A DNA stretch of 61,750 bases, filler included. It is 4 parts of 4 records of this genome, joined end to end, with 100 filler letters (N's around TTAATTAATTAA, not from the genome) between each part and the next. Parts side by side here need not be neighbours in the genome. Positions count along the whole stretch, not along the records: positions 17,702 to 26,432 come from SRR2962707_4262; positions 26,533 to 44,307 come from SRR2962707_4264; 2 more parts are not named here. One strand, written 5' to 3'. Both the position numbers and the translations under genes were made by a program. Each line of letters starts with the position of its first letter. The first letter of the stretch is position 1. The notes below the pieces were generated by a model. It was given only the letters and a program-made list of their open reading frames with translations, had not been told where the DNA came from and ran no database searches. Positions 19,891-32,248 of this stretch are shown one piece after another.

Positions 19891-20664
19891 ATGCTTCAGA
19901 CCCCTACGGCGATCGCCGCCTTCCAGGACAATTACATTTGGGCCCTGCGCCGTGACAATCACTGCGTGGTGGTTGACCCCGGCGACGCCGCCCCGGTGGA
20001 ATCCTGGCTGCACCAGCAGGGCCTGCTTCTTACCGGCATCCTCATCACCCATCACCATCCCGATCATGTCGGCGGCGTCAACGCCTTGCTGGAGCACCGG
20101 GATATCCCGGTATACGGCCCGGCCCGGGAAACCATTCCCGGCCTCACTCACCCTCTCAATGACGGTGACCGGGTGAAGCTGGCCGAATTGGATCTGGAAC
20201 TGGAAGTGCTGGACGTGCCTGGCCACACCCTCGGACACATCGCCTACCATGCCCGCCAGCCGGGCTGGTTGTTCTGCGGTGACACCCTGTTCGCCGGAGG
20301 TTGCGGGCGCCTGTTCGAGGGCACGCCGGAGCAGATGCACCATTCCTTGTCGCGACTGGCGGCGCTACCAGAAGACACCCAGGTCTTCTGCGCCCACGAA
20401 TACACCCTGGCCAATCTCACTTTCGCCGCCAAGGTGACACCGGAGGACCCGGACGTGCGGACGCGTCTGAACGACGTCAAGGCCCTGCGCGACGCCGGGC
20501 ATATCACCCTGCCCTCCACCATCGCGGTGGAGCGCCGCACCAACCCCTTCCTGCGTGCCACCGAGCCCGCTCTGCGTCAGTCCTGTGAGCGCCACTTCGA
20601 CGCGCCGCTGGACACCCCGGTGGACAGCTTCGCCGCCCTGCGGCGCTGGAAGGACAACGGCTGA
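19891..20664 (+). CDS. gloB: Hydroxyacylglutathione hydrolase (glyoxalase II)
   Basis: DNYIW, THHHPDHVGG, PGHTLGH, FCGDTLF, CAHEYT, NPFLR. Confidence 0.95.
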   Translation: MLQTPTAIAAFQDNYIWALRRDNHCVVVDPGDAAPVESWLHQQGLLLTGILITHHHPDHVGGVNALLEHRDIPVYGPARETIPGLTHPLNDGDRVKLAELDLELEVLDVPGHTLGHIAYHARQPGWLFCGDTLFAGGCGRLFEGTPEQMHHSLSRLAALPEDTQVFCAHEYTLANLTFAAKVTPEDPDVRTRLNDVKALRDAGHITLPSTIAVERRTNPFLRATEPALRQSCERHFDAPLDTPVDSFAALRRWKDNG

Positions 20665-20678
20665 CGCCGGACACATTC

Positions 20679-20755
20679 AAGGAACCGCTGGCGCTTCTGG
20701 CTACCGCGGCCTGTAGCACCCGCGGAAGCGCCAGGGAGTCATTCAGCGGTTCTTT
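20679..20755. repeat. 77-bp nested inverted-repeat element (possible degenerate MITE or terminator)
   Basis: Ends AAGGAACCGCTG / CAGCGGTTCTTT (11/12 complementary); internal perfect CTGGCGCTTC (20688-20697) / GAAGCGCCAG (20725-20734). Confidence 0.5.
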
Positions 20756-20819
20756 AACCTTGCCGTAACCTTTCCCGGTCCCTAGAATTCACCGGAATTT
20801 CAATAGCCATATAATTGAC

Positions 20820-22394
20820 ATGCATAAACTTCTAGGCGTTTTTGCCTTGGGGGTGTTGTGGTTTGGCGGGGGCTGCTCACTGACACCATCCGTGGATGAA
20901 CTGCCGCCCATGCCACCGGCGGCACCGGAACCAATACCGGAACCAGAGGCGGACACAGCCGGCCTCGCCAACGGCATGGCGGAACCCGAGCCCACGGCCA
21001 TCGCCGAGCCGGCGGACCAGGACCAGGATCTCTGGGCGCGACTGCGTGAAGGATACGGCCTGCCCCGGGTGGACAATCCCCGAGTGGAAGAGCAGCGGGT
21101 GTTCTATACCCGCCACCCGGTCTATTTCACCCGGGTCACCACGCGCGCGGAGCGCTACCTGAAATTCATCGTCGACGAAACCGAAGCCCGCCACATGCCC
21201 ACCGAGCTGGCGCTGCTGCCGGTGGTGGAAAGCGCCTTCGACCCCTTCGCCTACTCCCATGGCCGCGCCGCCGGGCCCTGGCAGTTCATTCCCTCCACCG
21301 GCCAGCATTTCGGTCTGCGCCAGGATTGGTGGTACGACGGCCGCCGCGACATCATCGCTTCCACCCGCGCCGCTCTCACCTATCTGCAACAGCTCGCCGA
21401 CCGTTTCGACGGGGACTGGCTGCTGGCGCTGGCCTCCTACAACGCCGGTGCCGGCACCATTCTCCGGGCTCAGAAACGCAACGAAGCGGCGGGCAAGCCC
21501 ACCGACTTCTGGAGCCTGGATCTGCCCACGGAAACCACCGCCTATGTACCCAAGCTGCTGGCGGTGGCGGATATTGTCAGAAACCCCAAGCAATATGGCG
21601 TGGCTCTGCACCCGATCACCGATGTGCCCTACTTCATCAGTGTCGACACCGGTGGGCAATTGGATCTGACCCAGGCCGCCCGGCTCGCCGAAGTGCCCAT
21701 GGAAGAACTGTATCTGCTCAATCCCGGCTTCAATCGCTGGGCCACGGCCCCCGCCGGCCCGCACCGCCTGCTGGTGCCCGCGGACAAGGCGGACCGGTTC
21801 AAGGCCGGGCTGGCCAGCTTACCCGCCGGCCAGCGAATGCGCTGGCAGCGTTACACCATCGCTCGCGGCGACAATCTGCAAAGCATCGCCCGCCGCCATC
21901 GCACCAAGGTGCAGGTCCTGCGTGAGATCAATCACCTCAAGGGCAACACCATCATCGCCGGCAAGACCCTGCTGATTCCTCAATCCGCCCGCGGCAGCGC
22001 GGCTCCGGCCGGGGACGGCGCCAAGCCGCGGGGCCGGCGGCTGGCACACAAGGTCGACAGCGGCGATACCCTGTGGGACCTGGCCCGGCATTACCAGGTG
22101 TCGGTACGCGACCTGGCCCAATGGAACGATCTCGACCCCAAGGATCCACTGCGGGTCGGGCAGACCTTGCAGGTATGGAGCGGCAACGAAAGCGGCGATC
22201 AGGGGCAACGTTCCGAAATGGTTCGCCAGGTCCGCTATTCGGTACGCCACGGTGATTCGTTGTACACCATCGCCAATCGCTTTAATGTGTCCGTGAACGA
22301 CATTCGCAGTTGGAATAATACCCTGAGCAAGCGCCGCTACCTGCGTCCCGGTGATCGTGTCACGCTGTTCGTGGACATTCGCGACGCCCCCTGA
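20820..22394 (+). CDS. mltD: Membrane-bound lytic murein transglycosylase D with three LysM domains
   Basis: Lipoprotein-like N-terminus with Cys; LPVVESAF, AAGPWQF, ALASYNAG, ETTAYVPK; three GD.L..IA LysM repeats. Confidence 0.92.
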   Translation: MHKLLGVFALGVLWFGGGCSLTPSVDELPPMPPAAPEPIPEPEADTAGLANGMAEPEPTAIAEPADQDQDLWARLREGYGLPRVDNPRVEEQRVFYTRHPVYFTRVTTRAERYLKFIVDETEARHMPTELALLPVVESAFDPFAYSHGRAAGPWQFIPSTGQHFGLRQDWWYDGRRDIIASTRAALTYLQQLADRFDGDWLLALASYNAGAGTILRAQKRNEAAGKPTDFWSLDLPTETTAYVPKLLAVADIVRNPKQYGVALHPITDVPYFISVDTGGQLDLTQAARLAEVPMEELYLLNPGFNRWATAPAGPHRLLVPADKADRFKAGLASLPAGQRMRWQRYTIARGDNLQSIARRHRTKVQVLREINHLKGNTIIAGKTLLIPQSARGSAAPAGDGAKPRGRRLAHKVDSGDTLWDLARHYQVSVRDLAQWNDLDPKDPLRVGQTLQVWSGNESGDQGQRSEMVRQVRYSVRHGDSLYTIANRFNVSVNDIRSWNNTLSKRRYLRPGDRVTLFVDIRDAP

Positions 22395-22530
22395 TCGAAC
22401 CGTGCGGGCCGCCGGAACGCCGCGCGCCGCTCATGGTCATATACCCTGTCGAAGGCGCTGAAAGCTGGCACCGAGGCCTTCGACAGGCTCTAATATGAGA
22501 TTCGATGACGATCAGGAGTGGATAATAACG

Positions 22531-24330
22531 ATGAGAGCCGTCACCATTTTGTTGGGTTTGCTGCTGGTCCTGCCGGCCTTCGCCGAGGTGCACAGCGGCC
22601 ATGCCATCACCATGTACGACGCTCCCAAGTATGGCCCTTCCTTCCGTCACTTCGACTACGTCAATGCCGACGCCCCCAAGGGCGGTCAGATCAAACTCCA
22701 TGTGATCGGCGGCTTCGACAGCTTCATGCCCTACCTGCCCAAGGGCAGTGCCGCCGCCGGCGTCGGCGGTCTCGGTCCCAGCTATATTTACGACAGCCTG
22801 ACCGTGCGCAGCCTGGACGAGCCGTTCACCGAATACGGACTGCTCGCCGAACGCATGGAATGGCCGGACGATCGCGGCTGGATCACCTTTACTCTGCGTG
22901 ACGAAGCCCGCTTCGCCGATGGTCACCCGGTCACCGCCGAGGACGTGGTATGGAGCTTCAATCAGCTGACCGAACATGGCCAGCCGCTTTACGCCTACTA
23001 CTATGCCGACGTGGAAAAGGTGGAGGCACTCTCCGAGCGCAAGGTGAAGTTCACCTTCAAACCCGGCGACAACCGGGAACTGGTAATGATCGTCGGCCAG
23101 CTTCCGGTATTGCCCAAGCACTTCTGGAAAGACAAGGATTTCACTCAGGCGGATCTCACCGTGCCAATGGGGTCCGGCCCTTATCGCATCGCCAGTTTCA
23201 AGCCCGGCAAACAGGTGGTGTATGAGCGCCGTGATGACTACTGGGCCTGGGACCTGCCTGTCATCCAGGGCCAGTACAACTTCGACCGGGTGATCTTTGA
23301 GTATTATCTGGACCAGACCGTGGCGCTGGAGGCCTTCAAGAAAGGCGATTACGACTTCCGCTTCGAGATGAACTCCAAACTCTGGGCCACCGCCTACACC
23401 GGGCGGGATTTCAACAGCGGCAAGCTGGTGAAGGAAGAAGTCCATCACCAGAACCCTTCAGGCATGCAGGGCTTTATCTTCAATACGCGCCGCCCGTTGT
23501 TCCAGGACCCGGTGTTGCGCGAGGCCATGGCCTACGCGCTGGACTTTGAATGGTCCAACAAGCAGCTGTTCTACAACCAGTACAAGCGCACCCGCAGCTA
23601 TTTCCAGAACTCGGAGATGGCCGCCACCGGACTGCCCTCCGAAGCCGAGCTGAAACTGCTGGAACCTTTACGTGACAAGCTGCCTGAGCGGGTCTTTACC
23701 GAGGAGTATCAACCACCGGTCTCCGACGGCACCGGCCGTCCGCGGGAGAATCTGCGTACCGCCCAGACCCTGCTCAAGAAAGCCGGCTATGAGGTGCGTA
23801 ACGGTCAGTTGTTCAATCCCGAAGGGAAGCCGGTGAAGTTCGAGTTTCTACTTTACAGCCCGGCGTTCGAACGTGTGGTCCTGCCCTTCTCCCGCAACCT
23901 CAAGGCTCTGGGTATCAGCGCCGATGTGATCCGCGTCGATGAGTCCCAATACCTGCAGCGGGTGCGAAATTTCAATTTCGACATGATCGTCGGCGGCTGG
24001 GGCCAGTCCTCCTCTCCGGGCAACGAACAGCGGGACTTCTGGTCCAGCAAGGCGGCGGACCGGCCCAGCAGCCGCAATTACGCCGGCATCAAGGATCCGG
24101 CCATCGACAGCCTGGTGAAAACCCTGATTTCCGCCAAGGACCGTGAGGCCCTGGTGACCAGTAGCCGGGCGCTGGATCGCGCCCTACAGTGGGGATTTTA
24201 TGTGATCCCCAATTGGGGGATGGATTACCACCGCTTCGCCTACCGCTCCCGGTTGGCCCATCCGGATTTGCCGCCGTACCTTGGCGTCGACGGGGCCCTG
24301 GATCTTTGGTGGGATACAACGGCGGAATAA
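22531..24330 (+). CDS. yejA: ABC peptide transporter substrate-binding protein (YejA-type)
   Basis: Signal peptide, FDYVNADAPKGG, YGLLAE, GSGPY, SPGNEQ, ALDRAL. Confidence 0.88.
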   Translation: MRAVTILLGLLLVLPAFAEVHSGHAITMYDAPKYGPSFRHFDYVNADAPKGGQIKLHVIGGFDSFMPYLPKGSAAAGVGGLGPSYIYDSLTVRSLDEPFTEYGLLAERMEWPDDRGWITFTLRDEARFADGHPVTAEDVVWSFNQLTEHGQPLYAYYYADVEKVEALSERKVKFTFKPGDNRELVMIVGQLPVLPKHFWKDKDFTQADLTVPMGSGPYRIASFKPGKQVVYERRDDYWAWDLPVIQGQYNFDRVIFEYYLDQTVALEAFKKGDYDFRFEMNSKLWATAYTGRDFNSGKLVKEEVHHQNPSGMQGFIFNTRRPLFQDPVLREAMAYALDFEWSNKQLFYNQYKRTRSYFQNSEMAATGLPSEAELKLLEPLRDKLPERVFTEEYQPPVSDGTGRPRENLRTAQTLLKKAGYEVRNGQLFNPEGKPVKFEFLLYSPAFERVVLPFSRNLKALGISADVIRVDESQYLQRVRNFNFDMIVGGWGQSSSPGNEQRDFWSSKAADRPSSRNYAGIKDPAIDSLVKTLISAKDREALVTSSRALDRALQWGFYVIPNWGMDYHRFAYRSRLAHPDLPPYLGVDGALDLWWDTTAE

Positions 24331-25419
24331 ATGCCACGTTATATTCTCAAACGACTATTGCTGATCATTCCCACCCTGTTCGGCATCCTTTTGCTGAACT
24401 TCCTGGTGGTACAGGCGGCGCCCGGCGGCCCGGTGGAGCGCGTGCTCGCCGAGCTTCAGGGTCAGGGCGGTGGCGCGGGCCCCGGCGGCGGCTTCGCCGG
24501 CACCACGGCCGATACCATCGGCGGTGGCGGACACTCCGGCTATCGTGGCTCCACCGGGCTGTCACCGGAGCTGGTGGCCCGTATCGAGCAGTTCTACGGC
24601 TTCGACAAACCGGCCCTGGAACGCTTTTGGATCATGCTGCGCAACTACCTGAGATTCGACTTCGGCGAGTCCTATTATCGCGACCGTCCGGTATCGGATC
24701 TGATCATCGAGCGCATTCCAGTGTCGGTATCATTGGGGCTGTGGAGCACGCTCATCGCCTACCTGGTGTCGATTCCTCTGGGCATTCGCAAAGCGGTGAA
24801 GGACGGCTCCCGGTTCGATGTCTGGAGCAGCACCGCCATCGCCATCGGTTACGCCATTCCCAGTTTTCTGTTCGCCATACTGCTGGTGGTGCTGTTCGCC
24901 GGCGGTTCCTATTTTGAGTGGTTCCCGCTGCGCGGCCTGACTTCGGACAATTTCGAGCAGTTGTCCTGGTTCGGCAAGATCATCGATTACCTGCACCACA
25001 TCGCACTGCCCACCCTCGCCATCGTCATCGGCAATTTCGCCACCCTCACCATGCTGACCAAGAACTCGTTCCTCGACGAGATCGGCAAGCAGTATGTGCA
25101 GACCGCCCGGGCCAAGGGGCTGAGTGAAAAGCAGGTGCTCTACCGCCATGTTTTCCGCAATGCCATGCTGATCATCATCGCCGGTTTCCCGGCCGCTTTC
25201 GTCAGTGTGTTTTTCACCGGCGTGTTGTTGATCGAGTATATCTTCTCCCTGGACGGTCTCGGGCTGCTTGGCTTCGAATCGGTGATCAACCGGGACTATC
25301 CGGTGGTGTTCGGTACCCTGTTCATCTTCACCCTGCTGGGCATGCTGCTGAAACTGGTCTCCGACCTGACCTACATGTGGGTGGACCCGCGTATCGATTT
25401 CGAGCGGAGGGCCCACTGA
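24331..25419 (+). CDS. yejB: ABC peptide transporter permease
   Basis: [38 protein letters not shown] loop, VDPRIDF. Confidence 0.92.
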   Translation: MPRYILKRLLLIIPTLFGILLLNFLVVQAAPGGPVERVLAELQGQGGGAGPGGGFAGTTADTIGGGGHSGYRGSTGLSPELVARIEQFYGFDKPALERFWIMLRNYLRFDFGESYYRDRPVSDLIIERIPVSVSLGLWSTLIAYLVSIPLGIRKAVKDGSRFDVWSSTAIAIGYAIPSFLFAILLVVLFAGGSYFEWFPLRGLTSDNFEQLSWFGKIIDYLHHIALPTLAIVIGNFATLTMLTKNSFLDEIGKQYVQTARAKGLSEKQVLYRHVFRNAMLIIIAGFPAAFVSVFFTGVLLIEYIFSLDGLGLLGFESVINRDYPVVFGTLFIFTLLGMLLKLVSDLTYMWVDPRIDFERRAH

Positions 25420-26432
25420 TGATGGCGACGGCAAGCGCCCCTCTCTGGCGGCGGCAATGGCGGGCGTTCCGGGCCAACCGCCGCGGCTTCTGGTCCCTGC
25501 TGGTATTCCTGGTGCTGTTTGTGCTCAGTCTCGGCGCGGAATGGATCGCCAACGACAAACCTTTGTTGATTCGTTATGACGGCGCTTTCTATACCCCGGT
25601 GCTGAACACCTATCCGGAAACCACCTTTGGCGGTTTCTTCGAGACCGAAGCCAATTACCGGGATCCGGTGGTGCGGGAGTTGATCGAGGAAAAGGGCTGG
25701 ATGCTTTGGCCGGCGATCCGTTACCACTACACCACCATCAATTACGAGCTCACGGTACCGGCGCCGGCGCCACCTTCGGCGGAGAACTGGCTCGGCACCG
25801 ATGATCAAGGCCGGGACGTGCTGGCGCGCCTGATCTACGGTTTCCGTACCTCGGTGCTGTTTGGTTTGATGCTGACCCTGAGCGCCAGCGCCATCGGCAT
25901 CATGGTCGGCGCCATCCAGGGCTATTACGGTGGCTGGACCGATCTTGCCGGACAGCGCTTCATCGAAATCTGGTCGAGCATGCCGATCCTCTATCTGATC
26001 ATCATCCTCTCCAGTTTCGTGGTGCCCAGTTTCTGGAGCCTGCTGGTGATCATGCTGCTGTTCTCGTGGATGACACTGGTGGATCTGGTGCGCGCCGAAT
26101 TCCTGCGTTGCCGCAACATGGAATACGTGCGCGCCGCCCAGGCCATCGGCGTGCGCACACCGGTGATCATGTTCCGGCACATGCTGCCCAATGCCATGGT
26201 CGCCACCCTCACCTATCTGCCGTTCGTACTCAATGCCGCGGTGATCACTCTCACCTCCCTGGACTTCATCGGTTTCGGCCTGCCACCGGGTTCACCGTCA
26301 CTGGGTGAGTTGCTGGGCCAGGGCAAAGCCAACCTGCAGGCCCCGTGGCTGGGACTCAGCGCCTTCGTCACCCTGGCGTTGATGTTGTCTCTGCTGGTGT
26401 TCATCGGTGAAGCCGTGCGCGATGCCTTCGAC
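25419..26432 (+). CDS. yejE: ABC peptide transporter permease (3' end at contig edge)
   Basis: IANDKPL, LGTDDQGRDVLAR, RAEFLR, GEAVRDAFD. Confidence 0.92.
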
Positions 26433-26532
26433 NNNNNNNNNNNNNNNNNNNNNNNNNNNNNNNNNNNNNNNNNNNNTTAATTAATTAANNNNNNNNNNNN
26501 NNNNNNNNNNNNNNNNNNNNNNNNNNNNNNNN
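26433..26532. other. Artificial contig linker
   Basis: Ns flanking TTAATTAATTAA, 100 nt. Confidence 0.98.
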
Positions 26533-27710
<1,178 letters not shown>

Positions 27711-27711
<1 letters not shown>

Positions 27712-28505
27712 CAGGCTGCTTCTCCAGATTTGCCACCGGAATGGGCGGCTTTGGTGCGGGCATTGAGATCGCGCAGCGTATTCAGCTCGATCCCGGTCGG
27801 GGCCGGGGTCTCTTCAACAGCTTCGGCGAACCGCACAGTCCAGCCACATTCGGCCTGGACCATCTCGCGAGTCACGCCGGGGTGCAGGGAGACCACGGTG
27901 AATTCACGTGTTACCGGATCGGGCTTCCAGACCGCAAGGTCTGTAACCATTAGTGTTGGTCCCTTGGTGGTAATCCCAAGGCGTTCGCGGTGATCTCCGC
28001 CTTCTCCGTGGCCGAAGCTGGTGAAGAAGTCGATCTTGTCGACCATGGCGCGTCTGGACTGTTTGAGCGTGATGAAGATCTCGCCGCAGGACGAGGCAAT
28101 CTCAGGTGCGCCGCCGCCGCCGGGCAGGCGGGTCTTGGGATGGTCGTAATCGCCGATCACCGTGGTGTTGATGTTGCCGAAGCGATCGATCTGCGCCGCG
28201 CCGAGAAAGCCGACAGTCACGCGTCCGCCCTGAAGCCAGTAGCGGAACATCTCGGGTACCGAGACAGTCGTAACTGCGGTATCGCAGAGTTCACCATCGC
28301 CGATGGAGAGCGGCAGGACTGTCGGAGCGGTTCCGATGGTGCCGCTTTCATAGATCAGGGTCACATCAGGCGCATGGGTCAGGCGTGCGATGTTGCAGGC
28401 GGCGGACGGTGCGCCGATGCCGACAAAGCAGACATCCGTATTCTTCAACGCGCGGGAGGCTGCAATGGTCATCATCTCGTTGGGGGTAAAGTCTGTCTCG
28501 CTCAT
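27711..28505 (-). CDS. pcaJ: 3-oxoadipate CoA-transferase subunit B (Gct-type)
   Basis: CFVGIG, LIYESG, GFLGAAQIDRFGNINTT, RLPGGGGAPE; likely start ATG 28505 overlapping pcaI stop. Confidence 0.88.
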
Positions 28506-29356
28506 GCCGCGCTCCTGAGGTGTTTGATCCGGTCGGCGAAATCTTCCGGCTTGGCGTCGAGAACATTGTCTTTCATCCAGGTGAGGAAGGTGTCGCGGTC
28601 TGCCGCGATCTTGTCCCAGGCGATGTAGCTGGCATTGTCGCGAGAATAGTATCCGTGGGCGTAGGAGGGGTGGGCGCCGCCGGGAACGAGGCAGATCGCT
28701 GTTACCGTCCAACCCGGCAAGACGCAGGCATTGGGGTGTGCGGAGAGATCATCAACGACCTCCTCGACAGTGACGACCGAGCGTTTGGCGGCCAGAACCG
28801 CTTCTTTCTGCACTCCGACAATGCCTTCAATCAGCACATTGCCCTTTCGATCGGCCTTCTGGGCGTGGATGAAGCTGACGTCAGGACGAATGGCGGGAAC
28901 CGCAGCAAGTTCTTCGCCCGTGAAAGGGCAGGTTACCGAGCGGATGTTCGGGTTGACGTTGGCCAGACCCGCGCCCTTGTAGCCCCGGAAAGCGGCGAAA
29001 GGCAGGCCGGCAGCGCCGGCCTCGTAGGCGTTGGCCATGGCGGCGTGGGAGTGTTCCTCAATCTCGATGCGGTTCGGCCAGCCGTTTTCGACGGAATCGC
29101 GCAGCCGCCGGAGCAGGCCGACGCCGGGATTGCCGGCATAGGAGAAGATCAGTTTGCGCACCGCGCCGACGCCGATCAGCTGGTCGTAGACCACGTCGGG
29201 GGTCATGCGCACCAGCGTGAGATCCTTGATGCCCTGGCGGATCGCCTCATGGGCGCTGGCGTGCGGGATGAGATGGGTGAAACCTTCGAAAGCGGCGGTG
29301 TCACCGGATTTCAGATTCTGCGCGACCGCTTCGGGCAGCGTCATGAATTGCGCCAT
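28502..29356 (-). CDS. pcaI: 3-oxoadipate CoA-transferase subunit A (Gct-type)
   Basis: EGFTHLIP, RMTPD, GNPGVG, IHAQKADRKGN, GAHPSYAHGYY. Confidence 0.88.
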   Translation of the reverse strand: MAQFMTLPEAVAQNLKSGDTAAFEGFTHLIPHASAHEAIRQGIKDLTLVRMTPDVVYDQLIGVGAVRKLIFSYAGNPGVGLLRRLRDSVENGWPNRIEIEEHSHAAMANAYEAGAAGLPFAAFRGYKGAGLANVNPNIRSVTCPFTGEELAAVPAIRPDVSFIHAQKADRKGNVLIEGIVGVQKEAVLAAKRSVVTVEEVVDDLSAHPNACVLPGWTVTAICLVPGGAHPSYAHGYYSRDNASYIAWDKIAADRDTFLTWMKDNVLDAKPEDFADRIKHLRSAA

Positions 29357-29370
29357 GATGGATTTCTCTC

Positions 29371-29997
29371 TCAGATGTCGAAGAAGACGGTTTCGAGTGG
29401 GCCCTGCAGGTGAATGTCGTGGCTGTATTTGCCGCTGCCGCCCTTGGCGATCAGTGTCGCCTTGCGATCACGGTGCTCGAAGCTTCCCAGGACGGGGTCG
29501 GCAGCATTGGCCTCAGCCTCATCCTCGAAGTAGATGCGGGTGTTGAGGCCAAGATTGATGCCGCGCGCCACGATCCAGATGTTGATGTGCGGTGCCTGCA
29601 TGCGTCCGTCAGAAAATGGAACCGGGCCGGGCTTGATTGTCTCAAAGCGGAAATGTCCGGTTTGAGCATCTGCAGCACAACGCGCCCAGCCGGTAAAAGC
29701 AGGGTCGGCGGTTCCACGGGGCTCGGCCGGGCTGTTGTGCAGGCCATCGGCATCGGCCTGCCAGATTTCCACCAGAACGTCGCTGAGTGGAGTTCCCGAG
29801 CCGTCGAAGACCCTGCCTTCCAGAGTGATCCGCTCGCCCTTGGTCTTGTCGTTGACCATCGCGATGCCGAGATCCTGATCGTAGACACCGTCGATGCCGC
29901 AGAAATTCGGCGTCAGACCGATATGGACATAGGGACCCGCGGTTTGTGACGGAGACTCTTTGAGTGGGTAAAGCGGATTATGTGTCGCCTTGGTCAT
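29371..29997 (-). CDS. pcaG: Protocatechuate 3,4-dioxygenase alpha subunit
   Basis: ESPSQTAGPYVHIG, EIWQAD, APHINIWIVARGIN, ETVFFDI. Confidence 0.96.
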   Translation of the reverse strand: MTKATHNPLYPLKESPSQTAGPYVHIGLTPNFCGIDGVYDQDLGIAMVNDKTKGERITLEGRVFDGSGTPLSDVLVEIWQADADGLHNSPAEPRGTADPAFTGWARCAADAQTGHFRFETIKPGPVPFSDGRMQAPHINIWIVARGINLGLNTRIYFEDEAEANAADPVLGSFEHRDRKATLIAKGGSGKYSHDIHLQGPLETVFFDI

Positions 29998-29998
29998 G

Positions 29999-30739
29999 TC
30001 AGTTGCCCTCCAGACGGTTTTCGAACAACGTCGAACGGCTGCCGCGAAGAATGACGTCGAACCGGTAGGTCAAGGAGTCCATGGGGGCCGATGCGTCCAT
30101 GTCGAGCCTTGCGACCAGGGTGTCGATGGCTGCAGGGTCATTGATGGTGCGCACGATCGGGCAGCGCGGAATCAGCGGGTCGCCTTCGAAATACATCTGG
30201 GTGATGAGGCGCTGGGCGAATGCCTGGCCGAAGACCGAGATATGAATGTGCGCCGGACGCCAGTCGTTGGGTCCGTTGGGCCAGGGATAGGGGCCGGGGC
30301 GAACGGTGCGGAAAGCGTAAGAGCCATCGTCGGCGCTGATGATGCGGCCGCAGCCGCCGAAATTTGGATCGAGGGGGGCCAGATAGCCGTCCTTCTTGTG
30401 ACGGTAACGACCGCCGGCATTGGCCTGCCAGAATTCGAGCAAGACGTTGGGGACGGGTTGTCCGCGTTCGTCCAGCACCCGGCCCTGGACAACGATGCGC
30501 TCGCCAATGGCGCTCATGCCTGGTTGCGCGAAGTTCAGCGTCAGATCATTGTCGAGTTTGCCAATGATTGAATGCCCAAATGCCGGCCCGGTGGTTTCCG
30601 ACAAGGTGTTGGGGAAGGCGACCAAGGGGCGCTGCGGCGAACGCAGGACCGAGGATTTGTAGCCCGGGTCGTAAGCCTTGGGATGCCAGGACCTGTCGCG
30701 GGGGAAGAAATTTGCCGTTTGTGGCCGAGTGTTCTTCAT
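29999..30739 (-). CDS. pcaH: Protocatechuate 3,4-dioxygenase beta subunit
   Basis: [24 protein letters not shown] iron-ligand motifs, RLITQMYF. Confidence 0.97.
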   Translation of the reverse strand: MKNTRPQTANFFPRDRSWHPKAYDPGYKSSVLRSPQRPLVAFPNTLSETTGPAFGHSIIGKLDNDLTLNFAQPGMSAIGERIVVQGRVLDERGQPVPNVLLEFWQANAGGRYRHKKDGYLAPLDPNFGGCGRIISADDGSYAFRTVRPGPYPWPNGPNDWRPAHIHISVFGQAFAQRLITQMYFEGDPLIPRCPIVRTINDPAAIDTLVARLDMDASAPMDSLTYRFDVILRGSRSTLFENRLEGN

Positions 30740-31128
30740 GGGTTCGATCCTCCCGATGCGGATTTCATCTCATCCAGGGTCCGCTTGGCAATGCGAAATG
30801 CCGTATTGGCCGCCGGTACGCCGGCATAGATTGCCACATGCATCAGCGCCTCGCGGATATCGTCTTCGGTCGCGCCGGTATTGGCTGTGGCGCGGACGTG
30901 CATGGCGACTTCTTCCTCATGACCAAGAGCCGCCAGCAGGGCAATGGTGACAATCGAGCGGTCGCGCTTGCTCCAGTTCGGCCGAGACCAAAGGCCTTCC
31001 CAGGCGCTTGCGGTGATCAGCTCCTGAAACGGGGCGTCAAAGGATGTCTTTGCCGCGATCGAGCGGTCGACATGGGCGTCGCCCAGTACCGAGCGGCGTG
31101 TCTGTTCGCCTTTGGATTTAGCTTCCAC
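30736..31128 (-). CDS. pcaC: 4-carboxymuconolactone decarboxylase
   Basis: [42 protein letters not shown] before GTG. Confidence 0.93.
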   Translation of the reverse strand: MEAKSKGEQTRRSVLGDAHVDRSIAAKTSFDAPFQELITASAWEGLWSRPNWSKRDRSIVTIALLAALGHEEEVAMHVRATANTGATEDDIREALMHVAIYAGVPAANTAFRIAKRTLDEMKSASGGSNP

Positions 31129-31222
31129 CCGAGATCCTCCCTGTCGATTTCACTGTTCACTTTACATACTGAAATGGAAATGAATAATGATTTTTTGACG
31201 CAGTAATAATCGCGGAATTGGT

Positions 31223-32140
31223 ATGGATATATCCCGACGCATCAAAATCCGGCATCTGGAAGCCTTTGTCGAAGTGGCGCGCCAGAAGAGTGTCGGGCGC
31301 GCGGCGATCACCCTGTCGCTGACCCAACCGGCGGTAACGCGGACGATACGCGAGCTTGAACAGATCGTCGGGACGGCTCTGATCGAGCGGGAAGGCCGGG
31401 GGATCAAGCTGTCGCATCAGGGCGAAGTGTTTCTTTCGCATGCCGGTTCCGGGCTGGCCGCAGTGCGTGGCGGGATCGCAGCCCTTGCCAACGTCGCCAC
31501 CGTGGCGGGCCCTCCGGTGCGCATCGGTGCGCTGCCGACTGTCTCCGTCACCATCATGCCGGGCGCAGTGGTGGATTTCCTGGCTTCGGGACTGAAAAGC
31601 CCGCTCAGGGTGACGACCGGCGAGAACCGGGTGCTTCTCGACCAGTTGCGCAAGGGCGATCTCGATCTGGTGATGGGGCGAATGCCGGCTCCCGAGAACA
31701 TGACAAGCTTGCGTTTCGAACCGCTTTACCGCGACCGGGTGGTGTTCATCGTCCACAAGACGCATCCGCTTTCGGATCAGAGGCAAGTGGCGGCGGATAT
31801 TCTCTCCCGCTACCCGGTTTTGGTCCCTCCTGTGGGGTCGATCATCCATCCCTTTGTCGAGCGGGTGATGCTGGAGCAGGGCATGGCGCCGCCTGTGCAG
31901 GCGGTTGAGACGGTGTCGGACAGTTTCGGACGCGCCTTCCTGCGTTCAACCGATGCCATCTGGATCATCTCACGCGGGGTGGTGGCAGCGGAACTGGCGT
32001 CAGGGGAGTTTGCCGAATTGCCGATCGATACCGGTTCGACGATGGGGGCGGTGGGGTTGATTACCCGCGAGGCCGACCGGCCACATGATGCGGCCCAGTT
32101 CTTTGCCGACATTCTGAGGCGCCGGTCGTCGCAGAACTGA
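31223..32140 (+). CDS. pcaQ: LysR-family pca operon activator
   Basis: RIKIRHLEAFVEVAR HTH, RIGALPTVS, ETVSDSFGR; divergent from pcaC. Confidence 0.92.
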   Translation: MDISRRIKIRHLEAFVEVARQKSVGRAAITLSLTQPAVTRTIRELEQIVGTALIEREGRGIKLSHQGEVFLSHAGSGLAAVRGGIAALANVATVAGPPVRIGALPTVSVTIMPGAVVDFLASGLKSPLRVTTGENRVLLDQLRKGDLDLVMGRMPAPENMTSLRFEPLYRDRVVFIVHKTHPLSDQRQVAADILSRYPVLVPPVGSIIHPFVERVMLEQGMAPPVQAVETVSDSFGRAFLRSTDAIWIISRGVVAAELASGEFAELPIDTGSTMGAVGLITREADRPHDAAQFFADILRRRSSQN

Positions 32141-32248
32141 GATAAATGAATTCAGACCAAAGTTTATCACAGCGGCCGCTGGCAAGCCGAGGCTGGGCGC
32201 TCTATGTGCTGTGCACCACGGGACGGCGACAAGGGGCTTTGGCGGTTC

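Noticed and set aside
14439..26432. Functional links across contigs, e.g. urease with dnaQ or yej with pca
   Set aside because: Separated by artificial linkers and probably from different organisms
31129..31222. PcaQ binding site in the pcaC-pcaQ intergenic region (ATAATC-N4-AATTGG at 31206-31221)
   Set aside because: A site is expected here, but the match to a dyad is too weak to assign from sequence alone
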